From a virus: a stretch of 64,000 nt of DNA. This document shows, piece by piece, positions 20,196 to 29,573 of the stretch; position 1 is the first letter of the stretch; the number at the start of each line of letters is the position of its first letter. The position numbers were made by a program, and so were the translations under genes. The stretch is from the IMG/VR virus record IMGVR_UViG_3300044511_000013, positions 1-64,000 of that record; one strand, given 5' to 3'. The notes under the pieces were generated by a model. The model was not told where the DNA came from, did no database searches, and worked only from the letters and a program-made list of their open reading frames with translations.

Positions 20196-21038
20196 TCAGA
20201 AGACGGTGGCAGTGATGGTGCCAGTGAGGGTCACGGTGCCGGTTGTCCCCGACGTGGCCATGGTGAGGCCGAGGTAACGGAGCACGGTCTGGCCGGTGAG
20301 CGACACGAACCCCGAGTACGTCCCTGAGGCGCTCATCTGCGGCAGCACCACGTGGGCGGAGGGGGTGCCGAGCGACGTGGTAGCGCTGGAGTTGATCGTG
20401 ATGGTCGTGGCGGTCACTGTGCCCAGCGTGACGTTGAGGTGATATGCCACGTACATCGTCTGGCCAGAGCCGGTCGGTGCGCTCGTCCCACGGTCGGCCG
20501 TGTAGTTGGCCGGGGTGCCTGCGCCGTTGGCGTAGGCGCTCGAAGCGATCGTGAAAGCCTGGCCATTCGCCATCGTGCCGTCCATCACGATCTGGCCGGA
20601 GCGCAGACCGACGGTGGCGGCGTTCACGAAGTCAGCGCTGACGCCCACCAGGTCGCCGACAGCACCTTGAACCTGGTAGTTGGTCAGGTACCCGGACATG
20701 CTGTACGCACGCCGGGTGGCCGTACCCGCAGACAGGGCCGTGGCCGGTGCACCCTCAGGCAGGTAGCTGATCGTGCTCGGCGTGGTCGAGTTCATCATCG
20801 GAGCGAAGATCACGTCGACACCACCGGTCTGACCCGAGACCGCCGTGGCATCGAACATGCCCGCCAAGCTCAAACGACCGTCGGGCAGGCCGACGACGTA
20901 GGACTTGACCGGTGCCAGGAAGGCCGTCGAATCGGCCGTGTCCTGCTGCATGTTCATCTGCACCGACTTGAACTGGTTGCTCATGTCGTACTGGTCGACG
21001 TAGAACCGAGTCGACTTTCCGTGGCGGAATGTGGGCAT
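20196..21038 (-). CDS. major tail (tube) protein, paralog 1 with C-terminal extension
   Basis: MPTFRHGK, DSTAF..KSYVVGLPDG..GMFD, NYQVQGAV. Confidence 0.75.
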   Translation of the reverse strand: MPTFRHGKSTRFYVDQYDMSNQFKSVQMNMQQDTADSTAFLAPVKSYVVGLPDGRLSLAGMFDATAVSGQTGGVDVIFAPMMNSTTPSTISYLPEGAPATALSAGTATRRAYSMSGYLTNYQVQGAVGDLVGVSADFVNAATVGLRSGQIVMDGTMANGQAFTIASSAYANGAGTPANYTADRGTSAPTGSGQTMYVAYHLNVTLGTVTATTITINSSATTSLGTPSAHVVLPQMSASGTYSGFVSLTGQTVLRYLGLTMATSGTTGTVTLTGTITATVF

Positions 21039-21048
21039 CTGTGCTCCC

Positions 21049-21231
21049 CTACTCGATCACACCGTCTGCAAGCAGCGGTGCGGCTTCCTCGGCGCTGAGC
21101 GTGACGACGGTGCCGATGCCGATGCGGGCGAAGCCGCCCTCGACTTCGGTTACCCAGTCGCCGATGACGGTGTACGAGCCGGTCTTGGCTGGCTTGGTGG
21201 TCTCGGCGGGCACTTCCTGGTCCTCAGGCAT
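21049..21231 (-). CDS. small hypothetical virion protein
   Basis: RBS GGAG before ATG 21231; VTLSAEEAAPLLADGVIE end. Confidence 0.55.
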   Translation of the reverse strand: MPEDQEVPAETTKPAKTGSYTVIGDWVTEVEGGFARIGIGTVVTLSAEEAAPLLADGVIE

Positions 21232-21320
21232 GTGGCTCCCTACGCACACGGCCTGACCAGGCAGCCTCAGCCGGTCACAGCGGACACTCTCGGGGATGCG
21301 ATCCTCAGGCCACTCGGGCA

Positions 21321-21608
21321 CTACTCGGTTGTGCGAGTCACGGTACGAGGTCTGAGGGCCTGGGTGTTGTTCTTCCAACTGGTCGGCGGCCAGTCGGGTG
21401 GCGGGTGCTCCCCGATGTCCCGGTCGATGCGCTCAGCCAGCCACTTCGGCAGCCTGCCGTGCTGATTCCACGCCTTGCAGCGCTGGCACTTGATGGCCCA
21501 CGGCCTCGACACGAAGGTGGCGAGCAAGTTCTGGCAGCGGGAGCACCTCGGCATCTCGTCGCACGTCAGTTCGACGGAGGTGGGGCCGTAGGCGTCACCC
21601 GTGCTCAC
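21321..21608 (-). CDS. Mu Com-like zinc-ribbon protein
   Basis: RCSRCQNLLA..IKCQRCKAWN. Confidence 0.65.
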   Translation of the reverse strand: MSTGDAYGPTSVELTCDEMPRCSRCQNLLATFVSRPWAIKCQRCKAWNQHGRLPKWLAERIDRDIGEHPPPDWPPTSWKNNTQALRPRTVTRTTE

Positions 21609-21817
21609 GTGTGTCCCAGTCGCTCCTGCACCAGCCGAGCCAGGTCCTCCTCGCTGGTCTCGGGCTGACCCATCGTCTCCACCTGGTACTCGGGCTGCGT
21701 CTCGGGCATCGTGACGTACAGGTCCTCGATGAGCGCATCCAGCATGGTCAGGTGAGCCCGCTGGGCATCACGAAGTGCGATCAAGCGCCTGCCGAACTGG
21801 TCAGCGGTGAGCGGCAT
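21605..21817 (-). CDS. hypothetical protein
   Basis: Overlaps both neighbours. Confidence 0.55.
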   Translation of the reverse strand: MPLTADQFGRRLIALRDAQRAHLTMLDALIEDLYVTMPETQPEYQVETMGQPETSEEDLARLVQERLGHT

Positions 21818-22053
21818 CAGATTTCCTCCCAGCGGCCCTCGAACAGCCAGCCGTGCCACGAGTACTCAGGGTGGTTCGGGAAGGTACCCGGCATGACCAG
21901 GATGGCGGGGGAAATGCTGATCGAGCCGTTCGCCTCGACGGTGACCTTGTGCTTGGACTCGTGGATCAGGATGGCCTTCGGACACCCCGGTGGACGCACG
22001 ATCCAGCGGCCGTCGGCCCGCTGCCGCCAGAAGCCACGGTCCTGTCCGGCCAT
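21817..22053 (-). CDS. DUF6527-like small protein
   Basis: SISPAIL..WHGWLFEGRW pattern. Confidence 0.5.
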   Translation of the reverse strand: MAGQDRGFWRQRADGRWIVRPPGCPKAILIHESKHKVTVEANGSISISPAILVMPGTFPNHPEYSWHGWLFEGRWEEI

Positions 22054-22054
22054 C

Positions 22055-22453
22055 TCACACTTCGGCTATGAAGTTGGCCGTGAACTCAGGCCGTTCGTTG
22101 GTATCCCTTCCCAGGTACATCGGCGAACTGACCGGCACGATCACGTGGTAGACGGTGCTGTTGATCGTGCGGGAACTGACCAGGCCCAGGTCGCTCCAGA
22201 TGTTCTCGATGAGGGTCCGGGCAGCCTGGGCACCCGTGATGGCCCCTCGGACCCGGACCTGAAGCCCGTAGCTGCGCAGCACCGGGGGCTGGCTCCCACC
22301 GAGTGAGTACTCGGGAGCTGATCCGCCCGTCTCGGTGAGCACCACGACGGCATCCGGGGTCTCCGGCATCCAGTTGATGAAGCAGTCGGTACCGAGCGCC
22401 GTGATGCGGCCGGTGGAGACCAAGTGGGAGGCAACGTCCTCGGGCATCCCCAT
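22055..22453 (-). CDS. tail terminator
   Basis: MPETPD, GLQVRVRG, YLGRDTNERPEFTANF. Confidence 0.8.
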   Translation of the reverse strand: MGMPEDVASHLVSTGRITALGTDCFINWMPETPDAVVVLTETGGSAPEYSLGGSQPPVLRSYGLQVRVRGAITGAQAARTLIENIWSDLGLVSSRTINSTVYHVIVPVSSPMYLGRDTNERPEFTANFIAEV

Positions 22454-22457
22454 GGCG

Positions 22458-22958
22458 CTACTTCAGTGCTCGCTTGATGACGGCCTCGGCGATGGCCACG
22501 ACGTTCTTGGTCTCCGCCTTGAGCGGGTCCTCCAGGAACTTGGCCTTCGTCGGGTGCTTGTGCGCCATGTACAAGTCCTCGTGCACGTGCAGAGCGTAGG
22601 GAGTCGCCGGGCCACCGAAGCCCATCTCGACGCTGAGCTGGCCGTTGCTCCAGATGGGTGCCCGCACGAAACCGGAGCCACGTAGCGCCCCGGTGCGTAC
22701 CGGCACCTGGAGCTTGGCCTTGGTCATCACGTGCTCGGCAGCCATTGCGATCCCGGACCCGGCAGCCGCCAGCGTGGATGCGGTGGCCTCGACCAGTGCC
22801 TTGGCCAGCTCCTGGGCTCCCGTCACGTCCATCGTGTCGGGGATGGCCGGGACCCTGACCCAGGCCCCGCCGCTGATCTGTTGCCTCAGGTCCTGGGCGT
22901 CGGGCCGTGCTCTGGGTGTGGCGAAGTAGGCCACACGTTTCGGCGGTGCGGTAGCCAT
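22458..22958 (-). CDS. HK97 gp10-like neck protein
   Basis: VPVRTGALRGSG, YALHVHE, AKFLEDP. Confidence 0.8.
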   Translation of the reverse strand: MATAPPKRVAYFATPRARPDAQDLRQQISGGAWVRVPAIPDTMDVTGAQELAKALVEATASTLAAAGSGIAMAAEHVMTKAKLQVPVRTGALRGSGFVRAPIWSNGQLSVEMGFGGPATPYALHVHEDLYMAHKHPTKAKFLEDPLKAETKNVVAIAEAVIKRALK

Positions 22959-22959
22959 C

Positions 22960-23289
22960 TCACGATCCCGGTGCGATCACGAGTTCCTGGTGGTGTACCC
23001 CCGCCTCGTCGTACTCGGTGCGCAGGTCCTCGATGACGTAGTTGGCCCCGCCGTAGACGATCCGGTCCAGGATCGTGATGGTGGTCGCCTCGGTGATGAT
23101 CCGGTGGCGCTGGACCGACTCCCGGCCACTGTCACTCACCTGGCGTCTCGTGTCGGGTTCGATCCGGGCCTTGTAGGTGCCCCGTGCCGTCGAGGAGTAG
23201 CCCGACTGGCCGTAAGCGTCGACCGCCGACCTCGGATAGGCGGTGATCGTCACCGGCATCAGGTCGAGCCAAGCCTGGTCCAGTGTCAT
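22960..23289 (-). CDS. head-to-tail stopper
   Basis: DAYG motif, size and position. Confidence 0.7.
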   Translation of the reverse strand: MTLDQAWLDLMPVTITAYPRSAVDAYGQSGYSSTARGTYKARIEPDTRRQVSDSGRESVQRHRIITEATTITILDRIVYGGANYVIEDLRTEYDEAGVHHQELVIAPGS

Positions 23290-23552
23290 GGAGCCAGAGC
23301 CGGGGCGATGAGGAGTTGGCTGGTACCCGTGCCTGTGGAGACGATGCCGTACAGGTCGCTGTTGACCTGGATACGAATGCTGGCCGCCGCCGCCACGCTG
23401 TACCCGGTCCCGAACGTGACCGTCGAGGGTCCCAACTCGATCGCCACGCCCGAGGTGTTCGAGAACAGCACGTCTGCGCCGTACCTGGCGTCCACAGCGG
23501 CGTCATACAGCTTGGTGGCAGTGGCATTGACGGTGATCCGCTTGGCAAGCAT
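23286..23552 (-). CDS. hypothetical virion protein
   Basis: Short beta-rich ORF in the neck module. Confidence 0.55.
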   Translation of the reverse strand: MLAKRITVNATATKLYDAAVDARYGADVLFSNTSGVAIELGPSTVTFGTGYSVAAAASIRIQVNSDLYGIVSTGTGTSQLLIAPALAP

Positions 23553-23561
23553 GTGGGGCTC

Positions 23562-24011
23562 CTACGGGCCTGTGAGAGCGCCTGTGCCCGTGGGGGCTGC
23601 GCTGGACTGGCGGGGGTTGCGGTGCAAGTCGATCTCGATGCCACGGTTGACCGAGTACAGGTCGTCGTCGCCGCCGTCCTTCTCGGACTTGGTGACCCCG
23701 AAGGTGAGCACGGTGCCGGGAGCCATACGGTCGGCCTGGCGTTGCAGCTCATCGGCCAGTTGGGCGTAGTTCCTCGCCCTCGTGGCGTAGTCGAGGTGCA
23801 GCGACCCGACAGTGCGGGAGAGCTGATTCGAGTACCGGGCAGAGAGCTGGCGTGCCGCCTGGGCCGCCGCTCGCAGCGCCGTGCCGTGCTCAACGATCAG
23901 GTAGTTGATCTCGGCGTCGCTGAACTGCCATGGGCTCGCCGTGTCGCCGATACGGAACCTGACGGCATCCTTGTCGCTCGCCATCGGGTCGTTGGCGTAC
24001 GTCGCCGACAT
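23562..24011 (-). CDS. head-to-tail adaptor
   Basis: DAVRFRIGDT..FSDAEINYL. Confidence 0.8.
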   Translation of the reverse strand: MSATYANDPMASDKDAVRFRIGDTASPWQFSDAEINYLIVEHGTALRAAAQAARQLSARYSNQLSRTVGSLHLDYATRARNYAQLADELQRQADRMAPGTVLTFGVTKSEKDGGDDDLYSVNRGIEIDLHRNPRQSSAAPTGTGALTGP

Positions 24012-24016
24012 GGGAG

Positions 24017-24598
24017 CTAGCCGTCGTCAGAAGCGAGTCGAGCCTCGATGGCCTCGGTGACCGTGACTCTGGCCTTGCCGTTCGTCTCGGCCTCAAGCGC
24101 ATCGAGTAGCTCGGCCTCGGTGCGGTCCTCGGACTCCGCCCACTCGATTGCCTCGCTGGCCTTCAGGCTGGTGATCGAGAACGGTTCGACGCCTTCTGCC
24201 TCGGCGGCTGCTTCGGCCTCTGCCGCTGCTTCTGCCTCAGCGGCCTCAGCGGCATCCTTGGCTGCCAGCGCCTCCAGCGCTTCCTCTTGGTTGTGCTCGT
24301 CGGCGAACTCGACCTCGGGTTCGACGGGCTCCTCGGCAGCTGCCTCGAAGACTTCGTGGTAGCGACCACGCTCCAGGCCCCGGATGACCTCGATCGACTG
24401 CGCCCTCATCCAATTCGGCGCACCACCGAAGGCACGGAGCGCCTGCTGAAGCTCGCCGGGCTCAAACGACACGACGATGTGGCCTTGATCGACCCACGCC
24501 GTCAGGTTCGACCAGTCTCCGGCCTCGGGGATTTCGTCGCCGGGCTGGCAGACCTGATCGCCAACCTGCATTGCTCGGCCTGCGAAGTAGCGGGGCAT
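24017..24598 (-). CDS. hypothetical protein, acidic Ala/Glu-rich
   Basis: QPGDEIPEAGDW N-terminus; EAETNGKARVTV C-terminus; downstream of capsid. Confidence 0.6.
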   Translation of the reverse strand: MPRYFAGRAMQVGDQVCQPGDEIPEAGDWSNLTAWVDQGHIVVSFEPGELQQALRAFGGAPNWMRAQSIEVIRGLERGRYHEVFEAAAEEPVEPEVEFADEHNQEEALEALAAKDAAEAAEAEAAAEAEAAAEAEGVEPFSITSLKASEAIEWAESEDRTEAELLDALEAETNGKARVTVTEAIEARLASDDG

Positions 24599-24599
24599 G

Positions 24600-25142
24600 T
24601 CAACCTCGGGACATCATCGTGGTGAGCAAGTCGGTGTTGACGGGAGTATCCCGGACCCCGAGCTGCGCCATCGGGTTGCGGTCCACCACCGGGGCCGTGG
24701 TGGTCGAAGGCGTCAGCGTAGGGGCAGTGCCGCCCAAGCTGTTGCCAATCGTCACCTGCGGCACGTTGCCCCGGTTGACGAAGGTGAGCGTGATGTTCGC
24801 ATGACCGGCCCCGCCCCCGGTGACGGTGATGTCACCGACACCGACCTTCCCGAGCGCCTCCAACGCCGTCGTGATGGTTGCCGCCGTGGCGTCGTGGTCG
24901 ATCGCCCCCGTCGTCTCGCCGTCGAAGGTGATCGTGTAGGACCCGGCGTTGACCGTGCCACCCCACGTGAGCGTCTGCACCTCGGTCACGTCGCCATGCG
25001 TGACGATCACGTGCCCGGCCTGGATGAGCGCCGGGAGCGCCCGACCAAGGAAGGTGATGTCGCTGCCGATGAGCGTGTAACCCACAGCACGGGTCGTCCC
25101 GTCGATCGGGCCTGGCCGGTTGAGGGTGTAGACGAGCGCCAC
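24600..25142 (-). CDS. virion structural or decoration protein
   Basis: EVQTLT..GSYTITFDGETT..I.HDA.A.TI..ALEAL repeat-type domain; follows MCP. Confidence 0.6.
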   Translation of the reverse strand: MALVYTLNRPGPIDGTTRAVGYTLIGSDITFLGRALPALIQAGHVIVTHGDVTEVQTLTWGGTVNAGSYTITFDGETTGAIDHDATAATITTALEALGKVGVGDITVTGGGAGHANITLTFVNRGNVPQVTIGNSLGGTAPTLTPSTTTAPVVDRNPMAQLGVRDTPVNTDLLTTMMSRG

Positions 25143-25154
25143 GAGGGTCGCCCC

Positions 25155-26153
25155 CTACTGCACGATCGTGTTGAAAAAGATTCCGCAGTCGGCTGCCACA
25201 ACCTTGTGGTCGTACGCCATCTCCATCTCGATCCGGTCGGACTCCAGGTGCTCCATGCGCATCCGCTTCGTGCGGGTGCCCATCGCCCCGGCACCGTAGA
25301 GCCCGCTCCACGAGAACGTGTACCCGGCGCTCGGCATCATGATGCTCGGAGTCGGGTTGACGTAGAGGAGCAACGCCCCCTTGGTGGAGGCGACGTAGCT
25401 CATGGTCGCCGTGGCCGCTTCCTGAGCTGTGTTCTGTGTGGCACGGGCAACGAGCACCCGCTCCACGTTGAACAGCTGCGCCAGGAGCTGAAGCGTCGGG
25501 ATGGCAGGACCTTGGGTGTACTTGATGCGGTCGAGGATGACCGGGTGCACCAGGAGCTTTTGCTCCACGTACGGCGTGATGACGAGCGTGTTCGGCCGGA
25601 AGCCGGTCTGCTCATCCATCCGCATGGCGTAGGTCGTGACATCGTTGATCGGGTCAGACCCGGCACGGTCCCACTGGATGACCTGGTTGGCAGCCGCCGT
25701 GGCAGCACCGGTCACGTCGAGCGGAGCGCCCGTGATCCCGGCCCAAATGCCGGTGGTGAAGTACTTCGTCACCCACAGTTGGTCCTTCCTGAGGAGCATC
25801 TGCTGGGTGCAGAAGATCGTGGCGTCCCGGTCCATGTCGAGCGGGGTGTCCGTGTTGGCTCGGGTCTGGTCGTCCACGTCCTTGTGGACTGCGAACACCC
25901 GACAGAAGTACGTCGGGGTCGAGTCCACAGCCCAGCCGGAACCTGCCGACTCGGTGCTCGGGGCTCGCTCCTGAGCCTGGGTACGGAACCAATACGACTT
26001 GTCGTACGTGAAGTACCGGTTCGACTGCTTGTCGCTCGGGACAACCGGGAACACCTTGTCGGCGATGAACCGGTCTTCTCGCTGGATGTAAGCCACCGAG
26101 ATGTTCGTGAGCGGCACGTTGACGTGAACGTCGCTCCGTGTGGGCTGCGGCAT
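25155..26153 (-). CDS. major capsid protein
   Basis: DVHVNVPLTNISVAY..FIADKVFPVV, PNTLV, PSAGYTFSW; 332 aa. Confidence 0.9.
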   Translation of the reverse strand: MPQPTRSDVHVNVPLTNISVAYIQREDRFIADKVFPVVPSDKQSNRYFTYDKSYWFRTQAQERAPSTESAGSGWAVDSTPTYFCRVFAVHKDVDDQTRANTDTPLDMDRDATIFCTQQMLLRKDQLWVTKYFTTGIWAGITGAPLDVTGAATAAANQVIQWDRAGSDPINDVTTYAMRMDEQTGFRPNTLVITPYVEQKLLVHPVILDRIKYTQGPAIPTLQLLAQLFNVERVLVARATQNTAQEAATATMSYVASTKGALLLYVNPTPSIMMPSAGYTFSWSGLYGAGAMGTRTKRMRMEHLESDRIEMEMAYDHKVVAADCGIFFNTIVQ

Positions 26154-26180
26154 CGTGTGCTCCTACTCCGGTGATCCGGC

Positions 26181-26606
26181 TTAGACCTGGATTTGGTTGC
26201 GACGGGGGTTCATGCAGTCGATCATCACCGTGATGAGTTCATTCACGGCTCCACCGACGATGCAGGTGCCGATGACCCACAGGAAGTCAGTGGCGGCTCC
26301 ACGCTCCACAACCTTGCCTGCGGTGTCGACACCGACCGACTTCCCGGTGGTCACCGTGCCGCCAGCTACGGCCTTGGTGATCCCCGAGACCATGATCTCG
26401 ACTGCGCCGAACGTGCCGTCTGCCAGCGCCGATGCCGGGGTCTTCTCCTGAAGCACCCCGACCGGACGCAGCGTGTCGTTGTTGGCCCCGGTCACGTCCA
26501 TCAACTCGCAGCGACCGTCCGATCGCAGCGTGACCACGACGAACGGCGTGGTGAGCGCCTCATTGGCAACAAGGGTCATCTTGTAGCCAGGAACTTCGTA
26601 CGCCAT
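26181..26606 (-). CDS. capsid cement/decoration protein (DUF2190-like)
   Basis: VGVLQ..P, GITKAVAGG; sits between scaffold and MCP. Confidence 0.7.
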   Translation of the reverse strand: MAYEVPGYKMTLVANEALTTPFVVVTLRSDGRCELMDVTGANNDTLRPVGVLQEKTPASALADGTFGAVEIMVSGITKAVAGGTVTTGKSVGVDTAGKVVERGAATDFLWVIGTCIVGGAVNELITVMIDCMNPRRNQIQV

Positions 26607-26610
26607 CTCG

Positions 26611-27207
26611 TCACGCTCCCTGCTGGCTGTTGATGTACTGCTCGTACGACTCCGGCGTCAGCGCTTGCACGTACGCCTCCTCGCTGGTGAGCAACGGGTT
26701 CTGGTCCCGGAGGCTCTTGGCGATGGTGTCGATCTGCTGGGTGATCTCGCCGCCCGGCATGGCCGAGCCGATCTCCTCGAACAGCCTCGACTCCTTGACC
26801 GCCGTCGACGCCTTGGTGAGCGCCTCGACGGTCTTGTCGTAGGCCCCGGTGCCGTGCACCGCCTTGAGGGTCTCGACAATCTCGGCCTCGGGCATCGCCA
26901 GCCCGGAGAGGCCCTTGGCGATGTCGGTGATCTCCCGGTCGATCCGGGCCTGGCGCTCGGCCTTGGCAACCTCGGTGGCCTGTTCGGCTACCGCACGGGC
27001 CTGGGCCAGCTCGCCGTAGAGGCTCTTGACGATCGTCTGTGCTGCCGGGTCGAGCGACTTGAAGACGGTCTCCAGGTCGCTGTCATCGAACTTGGTCACG
27101 GGCTCGGGGTCCTCCTCGTGCTTGAGAATCTCGTCCTCCAGCTTGGTGATGTACTCCTGGACCCAATCGTCGAGGGCCTCGAAGTCGCCCTTTGCGGTTC
27201 CGGTCAT
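26611..27207 (-). CDS. scaffolding protein
   Basis: RBS GAGAGG before ATG 27207; helical, LFEEIG, repeated [VI]xK[SAGF] sites. Confidence 0.75.
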   Translation of the reverse strand: MTGTAKGDFEALDDWVQEYITKLEDEILKHEEDPEPVTKFDDSDLETVFKSLDPAAQTIVKSLYGELAQARAVAEQATEVAKAERQARIDREITDIAKGLSGLAMPEAEIVETLKAVHGTGAYDKTVEALTKASTAVKESRLFEEIGSAMPGGEITQQIDTIAKSLRDQNPLLTSEEAYVQALTPESYEQYINSQQGA

Positions 27208-27269
27208 CGTGATTCCTCTCGATGCGTGTTGGTCTGCACGGTACAGAGGCCGTCGGGCCAAGTGTTGTT

Positions 27270-28277
27270 CTACGAGCCCCTGTAGCCCTCTTGCCACCAT
27301 GCGGGGTTGTCCCGTACCCCGAGGGTGCCCCAGTTGATGTTGCTGTTGGTGCTGTTGCGCCACCACTCGGAGTCGTTGAGGTCCGTTGCCTTCTCGCCCA
27401 GCAACCGGTCCAACAGGCTCTTGCGCTTGGGCTTGGCGGGCTTCGGTGGCTCGGCCATCTTGCGGTCCCTCAGCGCCTTGCGCTTGGCCGCCGACGATGC
27501 TGCCGTGAGGGCGATCGCCGTCTTGTCGGTGTCCCAGTTGGCGTCCGCTGCCTCGACGGTGTTGCCGGTCAGCTTGCGCCAAGCGTCCTGCGAGAAGCCG
27601 TACTGGTTGCGCACACCGTCGCCAGTGTCCTCGGCCAACGCCTTGAACCAATCGGCCGGGGTCTTGTTGTAGCGCTTCGCCTGGTCCCGCCAGTCCGAAC
27701 CCGGCATCCCCTCGTCCGGTGCGTTGTCCCCGCCCAACCCCTTGACGTGCTGATTGCCCCGGAAGGGGTGGCCCGCCTCGCCGCTTGGGCCTGATCCACC
27801 GCCGCCCACCTTGACGTACTGGTTCCCACGGAACGGGTGTCCGGGGAAGTCACCCTTGGTGATCTTGGGCTTGGTGGGGTTCGGGTCGTCCTTCTTGGGA
27901 GGCTCCTCGCCGTCGACCATGAGCTTCTGGCGCAGCTTGGACCGCTTGTCGGTCGGCTTCTTGCGCTCAGGTATCTCCGGCTTCTCGTCCTCGGGCTCCT
28001 CGGCCTCACGGTCCTCGTCGAGTTCGTCCTTCTCGTCCTCGTCGAGGTCGGCTTCCTCGGTCCTGGGCTCGGGCTCGTCCTTCCCTGCAAACGGCTTCTT
28101 TTTGCCCTTGGGCTTCTCCGAACCGAGCGGCCGGTCGACATGGGTGTCGCCCCCGTCGGGTTCGGCCTTGGACACATCCCGCTTGAAGATCATCACTTCG
28201 GCACCGGGCTCAGCGGGTCGGTCGACCAGCGACACCCGACGCAAGCGGACCTTGCGGAGACGAGACACCCGAGCCAT
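27270..28277 (-). CDS. protease/scaffold N-terminal piece (VSLVDRPA) + acidic linker + two GHPFRGNQ tags + unknown domain
   Basis: RRVSLVDRPAEPGAEVMIFKR N-terminus; tags near 27741-27857. Confidence 0.7.
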   Translation of the reverse strand: MARVSRLRKVRLRRVSLVDRPAEPGAEVMIFKRDVSKAEPDGGDTHVDRPLGSEKPKGKKKPFAGKDEPEPRTEEADLDEDEKDELDEDREAEEPEDEKPEIPERKKPTDKRSKLRQKLMVDGEEPPKKDDPNPTKPKITKGDFPGHPFRGNQYVKVGGGGSGPSGEAGHPFRGNQHVKGLGGDNAPDEGMPGSDWRDQAKRYNKTPADWFKALAEDTGDGVRNQYGFSQDAWRKLTGNTVEAADANWDTDKTAIALTAASSAAKRKALRDRKMAEPPKPAKPKRKSLLDRLLGEKATDLNDSEWWRNSTNSNINWGTLGVRDNPAWWQEGYRGS

Positions 28278-28316
28278 CCCGGCCAGCGTACGAGTGTGCG
28301 CCGTGCAGGTGTTGCT

Positions 28317-29573
28317 CTAGCCGAGCAAGCGGAACCGGAGCTGATCCCGAGCCTCGTCGTTGCAACCGAGGCACGGTGTGCGCTTCTTCAGGTCCGCCCC
28401 GATGCCCACTCCGGGGATGCCCCAGTCCTCGGTGAACTGGTTGGCCTCCACGAGCACGTCGAGGATGCTGGCGTTCACCCGGCGTATCGGCAACTTGATG
28501 TCGCCTTCCTTGTTGTCCTCAAGGTCCACCGCCACGGCAGCCGCCCAACGGTGGTGGCCGTCGATCACGTAGTTGTCGGCCGACACGAAGATGGAGCCCG
28601 AGCCCAGGTCCATCGAGCCGTCCTTGATGCTCGCCACCATCCCGGCGACGTTGGCACCGTCCAGCTCATTCTGCGTGGCCTTCAGGTAGCTCGCCAGCTC
28701 GGACCCCTCGGACACGTCGATGCCCTTTGACTCCATGTGCTGGACGAACTGTTCGGCGAGGTTGACCCGGCCCTTGTTGTCCCGAGGCTGCTTGTCGGCC
28801 TCAGACCCCTCGACCGGCGTCTTGGTGGTGAACTGCGGCATCTTGAGCCTGGGGATGCCCTTCGATTCGGTGCAGAACAAGTTGGTCCCCGGCACCGACA
28901 CCTTGCACAGGTCGTAGGTGGGGGCCTTCTCGCCCTTGGCCACGGCGTCGTCCACTATCTCCTTGAGCTTGCTCAGCAACGTGCTGACTTCCCGCTTCGA
29001 GGAGAGTTCGACGTGGTACCCCTCGGCCAGCGCCTTGACGGCCTCGTCGACCGTCTTGGCCCGCACGGTCTCGCCCTTCTTGGGCTTGCGGCCTCCGTAC
29101 GCCTCCAGCTCGGCCTTGGCCTCCGCCTTGCCCGGAGACTGGCCTTGCTCCGCCCACCTCGCTGCATCGAGCGTGTCGAGCCGAGGCCGGGAGAGACGGC
29201 TGCGCAACCGGTCCCGGAGGGTGGAGCGCTGCTTCGTCTTCTTCGGGCCGCCGCCACCGATGCCCCCGGTGTGCTGATTGCCCCGGAACTTGTGGCCTAC
29301 GGCCTCGCCCTTGGCCAACTTCTGCTTGCGGTACTCATCGAGCACCTCGTAGTACTGCTCTCGGGTGAAGGCACCCCGGTCGTTGGCAGCGTCCACGGCA
29401 AACCACGTGTGTGACCGATCAACCTCAAAGGCGTAGCCGTCCCAGCCGTTCTGCCAGTTCCGGCGCACCGAGTAGGGCACTTCCTCGTGCCGCACAAAGG
29501 GGTACGAGAGGATGAGCGCCTTCTGCGCTGGCCAGTCGCCCTTCAGATCGAGCAGGTCGGTTTCGAGGCTCAT
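28317..29573 (-). CDS. tagged polyprotein with ParB/Srx-like domain
   Basis: KGEAVGHKFRGNQH tag; LKATQNEL..IFVSADNYVIDGHHRWAA; ATGA overlap. Confidence 0.75.
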   Translation of the reverse strand: MSLETDLLDLKGDWPAQKALILSYPFVRHEEVPYSVRRNWQNGWDGYAFEVDRSHTWFAVDAANDRGAFTREQYYEVLDEYRKQKLAKGEAVGHKFRGNQHTGGIGGGGPKKTKQRSTLRDRLRSRLSRPRLDTLDAARWAEQGQSPGKAEAKAELEAYGGRKPKKGETVRAKTVDEAVKALAEGYHVELSSKREVSTLLSKLKEIVDDAVAKGEKAPTYDLCKVSVPGTNLFCTESKGIPRLKMPQFTTKTPVEGSEADKQPRDNKGRVNLAEQFVQHMESKGIDVSEGSELASYLKATQNELDGANVAGMVASIKDGSMDLGSGSIFVSADNYVIDGHHRWAAAVAVDLEDNKEGDIKLPIRRVNASILDVLVEANQFTEDWGIPGVGIGADLKKRTPCLGCNDEARDQLRFRLLG

